DNA of 64,000 bases from Gammaproteobacteria bacterium (lineage in GTDB: Bacteria > Pseudomonadota > Gammaproteobacteria > Pseudomonadales > JADFDG01): positions 10,099 through 74,098 of the forward strand of contig JADFDG010000012.1 of assembly GCA_018262975.1 (NCBI GenBank), given 5' to 3'. How positions within the stretch are numbered: position 1 is the stretch's first letter; each line of letters opens with the position of its first letter. The notes beneath the pieces were generated by a model, which was given only the letters and a program-made list of their open reading frames with translations, was not told the origin of the DNA and did no database searches. The position numbers were made by a program, and so were the translations under genes. Positions 32,449-42,789 of this stretch are shown here, in pieces.

Positions 32449-33525
32449 TCAGTCGGCCAGGTAGGGTTCGAAGGCAGGATTGTAGCGCTCCTCGAGTGAG
32501 CCGTCGGGGCGCCGCAGGATCATGTGCACGGCCAGACCCTGCGCCGCGGCAAAGCGCATGCCTCGTTCGGGCCCCAGCACCATGATGGCGGTGGCATAGC
32601 CGTCGGCCGACGCCCGTCCCGGGGCAATGACCGTCACCGACGCCAGCCCGTGGTTCACCGGCCAGCCGCTGGCCGGATCGAGGATGTGCTGGTAGCGCAC
32701 GCCATCAACCTCGAAGTAATCGCGGTAGTCGCCGGCGGTGGTCAGGGCGGCATCGCTGACCTCGACCACACGGGCGATGTTGCCGCGCGCCATTTCCGGC
32801 GCCTCCACCCCGACCCGCCAGCCACGGCCGTCGGGGCGCCGCCCGCTGGCGCGCATTTCGCCGCCCACCTCCACCAGGTGGGCGGGATAGCCGTGCGCGC
32901 CCAGCCAGGCCGACAGCACACCGCCGGCGTAACCGGGTGCGACGCCGTCGGTATCGAAGGCGACGTCCTTGAGCCGCCGGGCGCGGCGCCCGTCGGCAGA
33001 CAGTTCGATGCCGTCGCTGCCCAGCCGGGCACGGGCGGCGGCAATCTCGGCGGCGGCCGGCACGCTGTCGCGCGGCGCGGCATTGCCGAATCCCCACAGC
33101 GCGACCAGCGGCTTGACGGTCATGTCGAAGGCGCCCTCCGATTCGCGCCACAGGCGCACGCCGAAGGCCAGCGCTTCCGCCAGCGACGGCGGGACGTCCA
33201 CCCACGCGCCTACCGGCGCATGATTGAGTTTCACCAGCGCAGAGTCGTCGCGGTAGCCCGACAGCGCTGCATCGAGGATTGCCAGCTCGGCTTCCAGCGC
33301 GGCCCGCACCGCTGCGGCATCGGCATCACGCGGACCGACGAAACTCACGCTCCAGGTGGACCCCATGGTGTAGCCGTCGATGCGGTGCACCACCGGCTGC
33401 GCCTCCCGCCAGGCGAAGAAACCGGCGAGCGTCACCAGCAAGACGGCCAGCGCGATCCACGTGGCGCGCGAACGGAAAGGGCCGGTTGCCCGGCCCTTTC
33501 CATGGGTTTGACCACCCGGCGACAT
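32449..33525 (-). CDS. apbE: FAD:protein FMN transferase ApbE
   Basis: 358 aa. MGSTWSV, TAGDYRDYFE and HILDP ApbE motifs. Follows nqrF. Confidence 0.9.
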   Translation of the reverse strand: MSPGGQTHGKGRATGPFRSRATWIALAVLLVTLAGFFAWREAQPVVHRIDGYTMGSTWSVSFVGPRDADAAAVRAALEAELAILDAALSGYRDDSALVKLNHAPVGAWVDVPPSLAEALAFGVRLWRESEGAFDMTVKPLVALWGFGNAAPRDSVPAAAEIAAARARLGSDGIELSADGRRARRLKDVAFDTDGVAPGYAGGVLSAWLGAHGYPAHLVEVGGEMRASGRRPDGRGWRVGVEAPEMARGNIARVVEVSDAALTTAGDYRDYFEVDGVRYQHILDPASGWPVNHGLASVTVIAPGRASADGYATAIMVLGPERGMRFAAAQGLAVHMILRRPDGSLEERYNPAFEPYLAD

Positions 33526-33528
33526 GGA

Positions 33529-34764
33529 TCAGCCGCCGAAATCGTCGAGCAGGATGTTGTCGCGCTCGACGCCAAGGTCGGTGAGCATCTTGATCACCGA
33601 CGCGGTCATCATGGGCGGACCGCACATGTAGTACTCGGCGTCTTCCGGCGCCGGGTGGTTCTTCAGGTGGTTCTCGAACACCACGTTGTGGATGAAGCCG
33701 GTGAGGCCCGTCCAGTTGTCCTCCGGCTGCGGCTCGGACAGCGCGAGGTGCCAGGTGAAGTTCGGGTTGTCCTTGGCCAGCTGGTCGAATTCCTCGGTGT
33801 AGAAGGCCTCGCGCAACGAGCGGGCGCCGTACCAGAAGGTGATCTTGCGATCACTCTTCAGGCGCTTGAGCTGGTCGAAGATGTGCGAACGCATCGGCGC
33901 CATGCCGGCGCCGCCACCGATGAACACCATCTCGTTCTGCGTCGGCTTGGCGAAGAACTCGCCGAACGGACCGTACACGGTCACCTTGTCGCCGGGCTTC
34001 AGGTTGAACACCCAGCTCGACATCTTGCCCGGCGGCAGGCCCTCGGTGCGCGGCGGCGGCGTGGCGATGCGGATGTTGAACTTGAGGATGCCGTACTCCT
34101 CGGGATAGTTCGCCATGGAGTAGGCGCGGATCACCGGCTCGTCGATCACCGATTCGTACTTGAAGAAGCCGAACTTCTCCCAGTCGCCGCGGTACTCGGC
34201 ACCGATGTCGAAGTCCTTGAACAGCACCTTGCCGGCCGGGCGCTCCAGCTGCACGTAGCCACCGGCGCGGAAGTTCACCACCTCGCCCTCGGGGAGCTTC
34301 AGCACCAGCTCCTTGATGAAGGTGGCGACGTTGTCGTTGGAGACGACGGTGCACTCCCACTTCTTCACGCCGAAGAACTCGTGGGGCACCTCGATCTTCA
34401 TGTCCTGCTTCACCGCCACCTGGCAGCCCAGGCGCCAGCCGTCCTTGATCTCGCGCTTGTTGAAGTGCGACATCTCGGTGGGCAGTGCATCGCCACCGCC
34501 GGCGTGCACCTTGACCTTGCACTGGCCGCAGGAACCGCCGCCGCCGCAGGCGGACGACAGGAAGATGCCACGGTCGGCCAGCGTGAACAGCAACTTGCCG
34601 CCGGCCTGGGTGTCGATGGATTTCTCGGGATCCTCGTTGATCTCGATGTGCACGTCGCCGCTGCTGACCAGCTTGGCACGCGCAGCCAGGATGATCGCGA
34701 TCAGGCCGAGCACGATCGCGGTGAACATGCCGACGCCGAGATAGATGGTGCTGATATCGTTCAT
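33529..34764 (-). CDS. nqrF: Na+-translocating NADH:quinone reductase subunit F
   Basis: Internal start [14 protein letters not shown], 2Fe-2[23 protein letters not shown] motif, [12 protein letters not shown] motif. Confidence 0.95.
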   Translation of the reverse strand: MNDISTIYLGVGMFTAIVLGLIAIILAARAKLVSSGDVHIEINEDPEKSIDTQAGGKLLFTLADRGIFLSSACGGGGSCGQCKVKVHAGGGDALPTEMSHFNKREIKDGWRLGCQVAVKQDMKIEVPHEFFGVKKWECTVVSNDNVATFIKELVLKLPEGEVVNFRAGGYVQLERPAGKVLFKDFDIGAEYRGDWEKFGFFKYESVIDEPVIRAYSMANYPEEYGILKFNIRIATPPPRTEGLPPGKMSSWVFNLKPGDKVTVYGPFGEFFAKPTQNEMVFIGGGAGMAPMRSHIFDQLKRLKSDRKITFWYGARSLREAFYTEEFDQLAKDNPNFTWHLALSEPQPEDNWTGLTGFIHNVVFENHLKNHPAPEDAEYYMCGPPMMTASVIKMLTDLGVERDNILLDDFGG

Positions 34765-34786
34765 GTGACTGCTCTCCCCGGCCCGC

Positions 34787-35404
<618 letters not shown>

Positions 35405-35421
35405 GTCAGTTCACTCCGGCC

Positions 35422-36093
35422 TTAGTGCGCTGCCTGCGCCTTGGTATGCGGCGCGATGGCGAAGTCCGCCTTCTCCTGCTGCTCCGGTTTCCAGGTGCGC
35501 AGGGCCCAGATGAACAGGCCGATGAGGAAGAACGCGCTGGGCGGCAACAGCAACAGGCCGTTGGGCTCGTACCAGCCGCCGTCCTTGGCCAGCGGCAGGA
35601 TCTCGTAGCCGAGCAGCTTGCCGGCGCCGAACAGCTCGCGCACGAAGGCCAGCGCAATCAGCAGCGCGCTGTAACCCAGGCCGTTGCCGATGCCATCGAG
35701 GAAGCTGATGCCCGGGGGGTTCTTCATGGCGAAGGCCTCGGCGCGGCCCATCACGATGCAGTTGGTGATGATCAGGCCGACGAACACCGACAGCTGCTTG
35801 GAGATGCCGTAGGCGTAGGCCTTGAGGATCTGGTCGACCACGATCACCAGCGACGAGATGATCACCATCTGCACGATCATGCGGATGCTCGATGGCGTGA
35901 TATTGCGCACCATCGACACGAACAGGTTGGAGAAGCCGGTCACCACCGTCAGGCTGATCGCCATGGCGATGGCGGTTTCCAGCTTGCTGGTCACCGCCAG
36001 CGCCGAGCAGATGCCCAGCACCTGCAGCATCACCGGGTTGTTCTTGAAGATCGGGTCGAGGAGAACCGACTTCGGGGTCTGTGCGTCTGCCAT
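35422..36093 (-). CDS. nqrD: Na+-NQR subunit D
   Basis: 223 aa. [17 protein letters not shown]. Confidence 0.95.
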   Translation of the reverse strand: MADAQTPKSVLLDPIFKNNPVMLQVLGICSALAVTSKLETAIAMAISLTVVTGFSNLFVSMVRNITPSSIRMIVQMVIISSLVIVVDQILKAYAYGISKQLSVFVGLIITNCIVMGRAEAFAMKNPPGISFLDGIGNGLGYSALLIALAFVRELFGAGKLLGYEILPLAKDGGWYEPNGLLLLPPSAFFLIGLFIWALRTWKPEQQEKADFAIAPHTKAQAAH

Positions 36094-36095
36094 GG

Positions 36096-36899
36096 TCAGG
36101 CCCCCTGCGCCTTCAGTTTCTTGAGGAACGGCCCGAAACCATCGTCACCGAGCCAGAACTTCACCAGGTGGCTCACGCCGTCGCTGGTCAGCGTGGCGCC
36201 GGCCAGGCCATCGACGTTGTGGGCCACGTCGAGCGGGTCTTCCTTGTTGATGCCGCCCTTCTTCAGGTGCGCCACCACGTTGCCGGCATCGTCGTAGATC
36301 TTCTTGCCCGGCCACAGGGCCTTCCATTTCGGGTTGTCGATCTCGCCGCCCAGCCCGGGGGTTTCGCCGTGCTCGGTGAAGGTGATGCCGACCACGGTGT
36401 TGAGATCGGCGCCCAGCACCAGGTAACCGTACATGGTCGACCACAGGCCGTAGCCGGACACCGGCAGCACGACCTTTTCCAGGGCGCCGTCATTGCCCTT
36501 GATCAGGTACACCTTGGCGAAATGGGCCTTGCGCTTGAGCTTGGCGATATCGCGTTCGGCGGGGATGGCCTCGCTGCGCGCGGGGTCCTTGGTGGCCACG
36601 CCCTGGTCGTAGGTGACCACGTCGGCGATGCCCACCGCGGCCGGATCACTCACCAGTTCGCCGCTGCGCAGGTCAACCAGGCGGATGTCGATGCGCTGCT
36701 CGAACACCTCGCTCACGTTCACGCCATCGCCATACAGGCCGGCGGCGGTGAGGATGTTGGTCTGGGTGTCGAGCAGCTTGTTGGCGGCCTGGTCGGGGCG
36801 CAGCAGCACCACCGAGCCGGCGACGAACAGCGCCGACACCACGCACAACACGATCGCCACGGTGAAGACGCGGCCGATGGATTCCTTGTTAGCCGACAT
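36096..36899 (-). CDS. nqrC: Na+-NQR subunit C
   Basis: 267 aa. N-terminal TM helix. [12 protein letters not shown] matches the FMN-attachment S(T)GAT-type motif. Confidence 0.92.
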   Translation of the reverse strand: MSANKESIGRVFTVAIVLCVVSALFVAGSVVLLRPDQAANKLLDTQTNILTAAGLYGDGVNVSEVFEQRIDIRLVDLRSGELVSDPAAVGIADVVTYDQGVATKDPARSEAIPAERDIAKLKRKAHFAKVYLIKGNDGALEKVVLPVSGYGLWSTMYGYLVLGADLNTVVGITFTEHGETPGLGGEIDNPKWKALWPGKKIYDDAGNVVAHLKKGGINKEDPLDVAHNVDGLAGATLTSDGVSHLVKFWLGDDGFGPFLKKLKAQGA

Positions 36900-38103
36900 G
36901 GCGCGCCGCCCTCCGCTTGATGTTGGCCTGCATCACGTAGTGGTCGATGACCGGCGCCAGCATGTTGCCGAACAGGATCGCCAGCATCATGCCCTCGGGA
37001 TACGCGGGGTTCACCACGCGGATCATGGTCACCATGAAACCGATGACGATCCCGTACACCCACTTGCCGGTGTTGGTCATCGCCGCCGACACCGGGTCGG
37101 TGGCCATGAACACCAGGCCGAAGGCGAAGCCGCCGAGCGTGAGGTGCCAGGACCAGCCGAGCGCGAACATCGGGTTCGTCTCGCTGCCGATGGCGTTGAA
37201 CAGCCAGGTGGTGGCGACCATGCCGGCCAGCACGCCGCCCATGATCCGCCACGACGCGACCTTGGTGGCGAGCAGCACCACGGCGCCGAGCAGGATGGCC
37301 AGCGTCGAGGTTTCGCCGATGGAGCCGGGGATGGCGCCGATGAAGGTCTGCAGGTGGGTGATGCCGGCGGCGTTGATGGCTTCTTCACCGCCGGCCTTGG
37401 CCAGCGCCAGCGGCGTGGCGCCGGTCACGCCGTCAACCGCCACCCACACCGCGTCACCGGACATGTACGCCGGGTAGGCGAAGAACAGGAACGCGCGGCC
37501 GACCAGCGCCGGGTTGAGGAAGTTCTTGCCGGTGCCGCCGAAGATCTCCTTGCCGATCACCACGCCGAAGCTGATGCCGAGGAACACCAGCCACAGCGGG
37601 ATGGTCGGCGGCAGGATCAGCGAGAACAGGATGCCGGTGACGAAGAAACCCTCGTTCACCTCGTGACCGCGTTTCCACGCGAACAGGCTCTCCCAGATGA
37701 AGCCACCGAGGTAGGTGACGATCACGATCGGGATGTAATACGCCGCACCGTGCACCAGGCAGGCGATCCAGCTCTCCGCGCTGAAACCGACCAGCATGGC
37801 CACCAGGTCGGTGCGCCAGCCGTCGAGCGGCGCCGCGCCAGCGGCGATGGCCAGGTTGGCCTGGTAGCCGACGTTCCACATACCGAAGAACATCGCCGGC
37901 CAGGCCGCGAACCACACCGTCATCATGATGCGCTTGAGGTCCACGGCATCACGCACGTGGGAACCCGCGTGCGTCACGCTGGCCGGGCTGTACAGCATGG
38001 TGTCGAACATTTCGTAGAACGTGTGGTACTTCGACCACTTGCCGCCCTTCTCGAAGTGCGGCGCGACTTTGTCGTCGAGCCAGTTACGCAGGCCCATGGT
38101 CAA
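36889..38103 (-). CDS. nqrB: Na+-NQR subunit B
   Basis: 404 aa. Polytopic. DGVTGATPLA FMN-attachment motif. Its ATG overlaps the nqrA stop. Confidence 0.95.
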   Translation of the reverse strand: MTMGLRNWLDDKVAPHFEKGGKWSKYHTFYEMFDTMLYSPASVTHAGSHVRDAVDLKRIMMTVWFAAWPAMFFGMWNVGYQANLAIAAGAAPLDGWRTDLVAMLVGFSAESWIACLVHGAAYYIPIVIVTYLGGFIWESLFAWKRGHEVNEGFFVTGILFSLILPPTIPLWLVFLGISFGVVIGKEIFGGTGKNFLNPALVGRAFLFFAYPAYMSGDAVWVAVDGVTGATPLALAKAGGEEAINAAGITHLQTFIGAIPGSIGETSTLAILLGAVVLLATKVASWRIMGGVLAGMVATTWLFNAIGSETNPMFALGWSWHLTLGGFAFGLVFMATDPVSAAMTNTGKWVYGIVIGFMVTMIRVVNPAYPEGMMLAILFGNMLAPVIDHYVMQANIKRRAARHVG

Positions 38104-39446
38104 CCCTCCTGCTCGATACGGGTGAGCACGTCACGCAGCACCGGGCCGTACTCGTACTTGCCCGGGCAAACGTAGGTGCACAACGCGAGGTCTTCCTCTG
38201 CCAGTTCCAGCGCGCCCAGTTGCACGGCCTTGTCGGTGTCGCCGACCAGCAGGTAGCGCAGCAACATGGTTGGCAGTATGTCCAGCGGCATGACTTCCTC
38301 GTAGGTGCCGATCGGCACCATGGCGCGGGAGCTGCCGTTGGTGGTGGTGGTCATGCGGAAGCGGAACGCCCCGCGCAACTTGCCGAGGAACAGGTTGGTC
38401 TGGCTGTGCGCGTCGAAGCCCGGCAGCACGTAGCGGATCAGCTTGCGCTCGCGACCCTCGCGCAGCACGGTCAGCTGCAGCGCGTAACGCGTCAGGAAGG
38501 CCGTCTCGCCGGCACAGATGTGGCCGTGCAGCGCCGAGCCGGACACCAGGCGGTTCTCGCCCGGGCCGACTTCCATGCGGGTCAGTTGCGCCACGTCGGC
38601 ACCGAGGCGCGTGCGCAGCAGGCGCGGACGATCCACCTGCGGGCCGCACAGGGCGATCACCCGGCTGTTGTCGGGCTTGCCGGTGAGGAACAGGTGACCG
38701 ATGGCCACCGCATCCTGGTAGTTCAGGTGCCAGACGGTCCTGTGCGGACCGACCGGATCGAGGAAGTGGATGTGCGTGCCGACCAGGCCGGCCGGGTGCG
38801 GGCCGTCGAATTCCTGCTCGGAAACGCGCGGCACGTCGGTGATGCGCGGCTGCTTGCTGCCGCTCTTGCGGCAAACGAACACTGCACCATCGGTAAGCGC
38901 CGTGAGCACGGTGACACCGGCGCGGAATTCCGCCTCGCGGCCGGCCAGCACCACGTCGGGGTCGGCGGCCAGCGGGTTGGTGTCCATGGCATTGACGAAG
39001 ATGGAGTGCGGGAGCGTGCCCGGCACCGGCACCTTGTCATACGGGCGGGTGCGCAGCGCGGTCCACAGGCCGGACGCCAGCAGGTTGTCCTGCACGTCGG
39101 CACGCGACAGCGACGCCAGCGCGGACGCCGGCCAGGAACGGAATGTCTCGGCCTCGTCGCCTTCGACGTTGATCACCAGCGAGACGAACGCGCGCTTCTC
39201 GCCACGGTTGATCGCCGCCACCGTGCCGGCGGCCGGCGCCGTGTAGCGCACGGCCTCGTTCTTCTTGTCGGTGAACAGCAACTGGCCGGCCTTCACGCGG
39301 TCGCCCTCGCGCACGGCGAGGGTCGGCTTCAGCCCCGGGTAATCGGCGCCGATCAGCGCCACGCGGGTGACGGCCGGGCCGTCATGGATCTTCTGCTCGG
39401 GCTCGCCTGCGATGGGCAGGTCGAGACCCTGCTGGATGTAGATCAT
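38100..39446 (-). CDS. nqrA: Na+-NQR subunit A
   Basis: 448 aa. MIYIQQGLDLPIAGEP N-terminus typical of NqrA. Confidence 0.95.
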   Translation of the reverse strand: MIYIQQGLDLPIAGEPEQKIHDGPAVTRVALIGADYPGLKPTLAVREGDRVKAGQLLFTDKKNEAVRYTAPAAGTVAAINRGEKRAFVSLVINVEGDEAETFRSWPASALASLSRADVQDNLLASGLWTALRTRPYDKVPVPGTLPHSIFVNAMDTNPLAADPDVVLAGREAEFRAGVTVLTALTDGAVFVCRKSGSKQPRITDVPRVSEQEFDGPHPAGLVGTHIHFLDPVGPHRTVWHLNYQDAVAIGHLFLTGKPDNSRVIALCGPQVDRPRLLRTRLGADVAQLTRMEVGPGENRLVSGSALHGHICAGETAFLTRYALQLTVLREGRERKLIRYVLPGFDAHSQTNLFLGKLRGAFRFRMTTTTNGSSRAMVPIGTYEEVMPLDILPTMLLRYLLVGDTDKAVQLGALELAEEDLALCTYVCPGKYEYGPVLRDVLTRIEQEG

Positions 39447-39568
39447 GGAATCCCTTTCCTGGCTGGATTGGATTGGGTACGGGCCGCGGGATTATAGGAA
39501 GCCACCCCCGCCCTGTCAGTAAAAAGGATGGCCATCCGGCCGGTGGCGCAGCCTGGTCAAAAGACCAT

Positions 39569-39600
39569 AAAAAAGGCCCGGCGCCCTGCGGCGCCGGGCC
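39569..39600 (-). terminator. Intrinsic terminator after the GAPDH gene
   Basis: ggcccggcgcc-ctgc-ggcgccgggcc. On the minus strand it is followed by tttttt. Confidence 0.8.
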
Positions 39601-39624
39601 CTGGCCGGCCCGGCCGGCCCGGCA

Positions 39625-41064
39625 TCAGGCCACCGGGAACTGCGGGTACTCGACCCCGGTGATGTGCTGGACCACGCGGACCACCTGGCAGCTGTAGCCG
39701 AACTCGTTGTCATACCAGACGTAGAGGACGACGTACTTGCCGTTGACGATGGTGGCCTCGGCGTCGATCACGCAGGCGTGGCGGCTGCCGACGAAGTCGG
39801 TGGACACCGCATCCGGCGAGCTGACGAAGTCGATCTGGCGCTGAAGGTCCGAGTGCAGCGACACGTCGCGCAGGTACTCGGTGAGCTCCTCGCGGGTGGT
39901 CTCGCGGTTGAGCGTCAGGTTGAGGATCGCCATCGACACGTTCGGGGTCGGCACGCGGATGGAGTTGCCGCTGAGCTTGCCCTTCAGTTCCGGCAGCGCC
40001 TTGGCGACCGCGGAGGCCGCGCCCGTCTCGGTGATCACCATGTTGAGCGGCGCGGCGCGGCCGCGGCGGTTGCCCTTGTGGTAGTTGTCGAGCAGGTTCT
40101 GGTCGTTGGTGTACGAGTGCACCGTCTCGACGTGGCCGTGCTCCAGGCCGAAGCGGTCGTTGATCGCCTTGAGCGGCGGCACGATGGCGTTGGTGGTGCA
40201 GCTGGCGCAGGAAATCACGGTGTCATCGGCGGCGATGGTGCCGTGGTTCACGCCGTGCACGATGTTCTTGACGTCGCCCTTGCCCGGCGCGGTCAGGATG
40301 ACCTTGGCGATGCCCGGGCGCAGGTGCTTGGACAGGCCCTCGCGGTCGCGCCACTTGCCGGTGTTGTCGATCAGGATGGCGTTGTTGATGCCGTACTGGG
40401 TGTAATCGACGGTGGTCGGGTCGCTCGAGTAGATGATCTTGACTTCGTTGCCGTTGGCGATCAGCAGGTCGTTGGCCTCGTCCACCGAGATGGTGCCGTT
40501 GAACTGGCCGTGCACGGAATCGCGGCGCAGCAGCGAGGCACGCTTGGCGAGATCGTTGTCACCGCCCTTGCGGATGACGATGGCGCGCAGGCGCAGACCG
40601 TTGCCCGAGCCGGTCTTCTCGATCAGCAGGCGCGCCAGCAGGCGGCCGATGCGGCCGAAGCCGTAAAGCACGACATCGCGCGGACCGTTGGTCTGGACCT
40701 TGTTGGTGCCGGTGGCGCCGGCCACGGCCTTGCGCACGAAGTCTTCCAGCGACAGGCCCTGCGAATCCTTGCGGTAGGCCACGGCGAGCTTGCCGATGTC
40801 GATCCGCGACGGGCCGAGGTCCATGGCCATCAGCGCCTTGAGGATCGGGAAGCTGTCGACCACCGACAGTTCCTGGTTCTCGATCTGGCGCACGAAGCGG
40901 TGGGTCTTGAGGATGGTGATGACCGACTTGTTCACCAGCGAGCGGCTGTAGACCTGGATGGTCACGTCACGCTGCCGGTAGAGCTGCCCGATCATCGGGA
41001 TCATCGCCTCGGCGATCTCTTCGCGGTTCTTCCAGCGGCTGAAATGGTCGTCGGCCTGGCTCAC
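39625..41064 (-). CDS. gap: Glyceraldehyde-3-phosphate dehydrogenase, long form with a ~130-aa N-terminal extension
   Basis: 479 aa, GTG start with AGGA SD. VVLYGFGRIGRL Rossmann motif begins near residue 131. SCTTN catalytic motif and WYDNEFGYS C-terminus. Confidence 0.9.
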   Translation of the reverse strand: MSQADDHFSRWKNREEIAEAMIPMIGQLYRQRDVTIQVYSRSLVNKSVITILKTHRFVRQIENQELSVVDSFPILKALMAMDLGPSRIDIGKLAVAYRKDSQGLSLEDFVRKAVAGATGTNKVQTNGPRDVVLYGFGRIGRLLARLLIEKTGSGNGLRLRAIVIRKGGDNDLAKRASLLRRDSVHGQFNGTISVDEANDLLIANGNEVKIIYSSDPTTVDYTQYGINNAILIDNTGKWRDREGLSKHLRPGIAKVILTAPGKGDVKNIVHGVNHGTIAADDTVISCASCTTNAIVPPLKAINDRFGLEHGHVETVHSYTNDQNLLDNYHKGNRRGRAAPLNMVITETGAASAVAKALPELKGKLSGNSIRVPTPNVSMAILNLTLNRETTREELTEYLRDVSLHSDLQRQIDFVSSPDAVSTDFVGSRHACVIDAEATIVNGKYVVLYVWYDNEFGYSCQVVRVVQHITGVEYPQFPVA

Positions 41065-41195
41065 GGGGGCATCCTCGGAGGTGGGGGGATGGGGGGCGGG
41101 CCCATTTCAGGGCCCGGGCGCGCGGATTCTAGGGGCTTCATCCCCCCGTGGGTAGCCATGCCGGCCCCACCATTCACCGCGCTTATGCCCCCTGG

Positions 41196-41789
41196 CTACA
41201 GGAGGGCGGCCACGCGTTCGCGCAGCACCGGCAACACCTCCGCCGTGAACCAGGGGTTGTTGCGCAGCCACAGTCGGTTACGCGGGCTGGGATGCGGCAG
41301 GGGCAGGAAGCGCGGCCCCACCGAGGCGTAATCGCGCACCCGCCCGGTCAGCGGGCGCCGGTCACCGGGCAGGTAGTAACGCTGGGCATACTCCCCGACC
41401 AGCAGCACCAGCTCGATGGCCGGCATCAGCGCCAGCAAGCGCGGGTGCCACAACGGGGCGCATTCCGCCCGGGGCGGCAGGTCGCCGTGCGGGCCATGGC
41501 CCGGGTAACACAGGCCGGTCGGCACGATGGCGATGCGGGCGGCGTCGTAGAACGTGTCGCGATCCACGCCCATCCAGGCGCGCAGGTTGTCTCCGCTGGG
41601 GTCATTCCAGGGAATGCCGGTGGCATGCACGCGGGTACCCGGCGCCTGGCCAACGATGAGCAACCGCGCGGAGACCGACACCCGCAGCACCGGGTTGGGC
41701 TCGGGGATCAGGCCCTGGCAGATGCGGCAGGCGCGGACCTCGGCGACGAGTGCGTCGAGGGCGGTGGGAGGCGGCGTTATCGGGGGCAT
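41196..41789 (-). CDS. Uracil-DNA glycosylase superfamily protein (family 4/5-like)
   Basis: 197 aa. GQAPG motif A and HPSPRN motif B. Confidence 0.8.
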   Translation of the reverse strand: MPPITPPPTALDALVAEVRACRICQGLIPEPNPVLRVSVSARLLIVGQAPGTRVHATGIPWNDPSGDNLRAWMGVDRDTFYDAARIAIVPTGLCYPGHGPHGDLPPRAECAPLWHPRLLALMPAIELVLLVGEYAQRYYLPGDRRPLTGRVRDYASVGPRFLPLPHPSPRNRLWLRNNPWFTAEVLPVLRERVAALL

Positions 41790-41836
41790 GACCCCTCTTC
41801 GGCAAGAGCGGTCGGGGGCATGGCCACCTCGCTACA
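41780..41836. repeat. REP-family arm (41812-41836) preceded by a degenerate direct partial copy (41780-41800)
   Basis: tcgggggcatggccacctcgctaca matches the 63917-63941 arm at 24/25 positions. The 11-mer tcgggggcatg recurs at 41780-41790 and contains the UDG-family start codon. Confidence 0.65.
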
Positions 41837-41838
41837 GG

Positions 41839-42711
41839 TCAGGGTTGTGGCGGCGTGCGGATGCGCTGCAGGCCTTCCTGCACCACGGTGCAAACCAGCC
41901 GGCCATCGCGCGACCAGACCTTGCCGATGTTGAGGCCGCGCGCGCCCACGGCCGTGGGCGATTCCATGTCGTACAGCAACCAGTCATCCATACGGAAAGG
42001 CCGGTGGAACCACATGGCGTGGTCGAGGCTCGCACCCTGCACCTGCGGGGAGAACCAGCTGATGCCGTGCGGCAGCATGGCGGTGCCCATCAACGCGAAA
42101 TCCGAGGAAAACGCCAGCATCGCCTGGTGCACCCGCGGATCGTCAGGCAGCTGGCCGTCGGCACGGAACCAGTGCTGCCGGCGCGGCGCGCGCTTGTCCG
42201 GCGCGAACGGGTTCTGCGGGTTGACCGGACGGATGTCCACCGGGCGCTTGCGCGTGAAGGTGGAACGCACGCGCTCCGGCAGGTGCACCGCCCAGCTTTC
42301 GCGCAACTCGTATTCACTCTTCAACGACTCCGGCGGCGGCACGTCAGGCATGTCGCCCTGGTGCTCCACGCCCTCCTCCGGCACCTGGAACGACACCGCC
42401 ATGTTGAAGATGGCTTCGCCGTGCTGGATGGCCTTGATCCGCCGCGTGGTGAAGCTCTTGCCGTCGCGGATGCGGTCGACGTCATAGACGATCGGCACGT
42501 TCACGTCACCCGGGCGCAGGAAGTAACCGTGCAGCGAATGCACGGTGCGCGAGGGCTCGACGGTCTTCAGCGCCGCTGCCAGCGCCTGCCCCAGCACCTG
42601 GCCGCCAAACACCGACTTGTTGCCGATGTCACGGCTCTGGCCGCGAAACAGGTTGATCTCCAGCGGCTCGACATCGAGCAGCGCAACCAGGCCCTGCAGG
42701 GCATCGTTCAT
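41839..42711 (-). CDS. tesB: Acyl-CoA thioesterase II
   Basis: Internal start MNDALQGLVALLDVEPLEINLFRGQS, 290 aa, double hot-dog TesB-like sequence (HSLHGYFLRPGD, DHAMWFHRPF). Confidence 0.9.
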   Translation of the reverse strand: MNDALQGLVALLDVEPLEINLFRGQSRDIGNKSVFGGQVLGQALAAALKTVEPSRTVHSLHGYFLRPGDVNVPIVYDVDRIRDGKSFTTRRIKAIQHGEAIFNMAVSFQVPEEGVEHQGDMPDVPPPESLKSEYELRESWAVHLPERVRSTFTRKRPVDIRPVNPQNPFAPDKRAPRRQHWFRADGQLPDDPRVHQAMLAFSSDFALMGTAMLPHGISWFSPQVQGASLDHAMWFHRPFRMDDWLLYDMESPTAVGARGLNIGKVWSRDGRLVCTVVQEGLQRIRTPPQP

Positions 42712-42789
42712 GGCCGGGACTCCGAAAAGTGGGGGGCGGGCTACTATAATGCCGGCCTGACCATCCGACACCTGCCCGGTAGAGAACCC

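Noticed and set aside
32461-32475. tRNA T-arm-like gggttcgaagg.
   Set aside because: It lies inside the apbE coding sequence, and no acceptor, anticodon or D-arm structure can be drawn around it.
41065-41110. G-rich tract upstream of the GAPDH start (ggaggtggggggatggggggcggg...ggg) that could be read as a G-quadruplex motif.
   Set aside because: The fourth G-run needs a 9-nt loop. The tract lies on the non-coding strand of a GC-rich promoter region, and there is no independent support.
41140-41200. Possible degenerate REP pair just after the UDG-family stop (minus strand: tGTAGccagggggcat ... ggggccggcatggctac).
   Set aside because: Only the GTAG head and a short G-run/catgg core match the family. 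The two halves are not properly complementary, so I cannot distinguish a decayed element from chance in GC-rich DNA.
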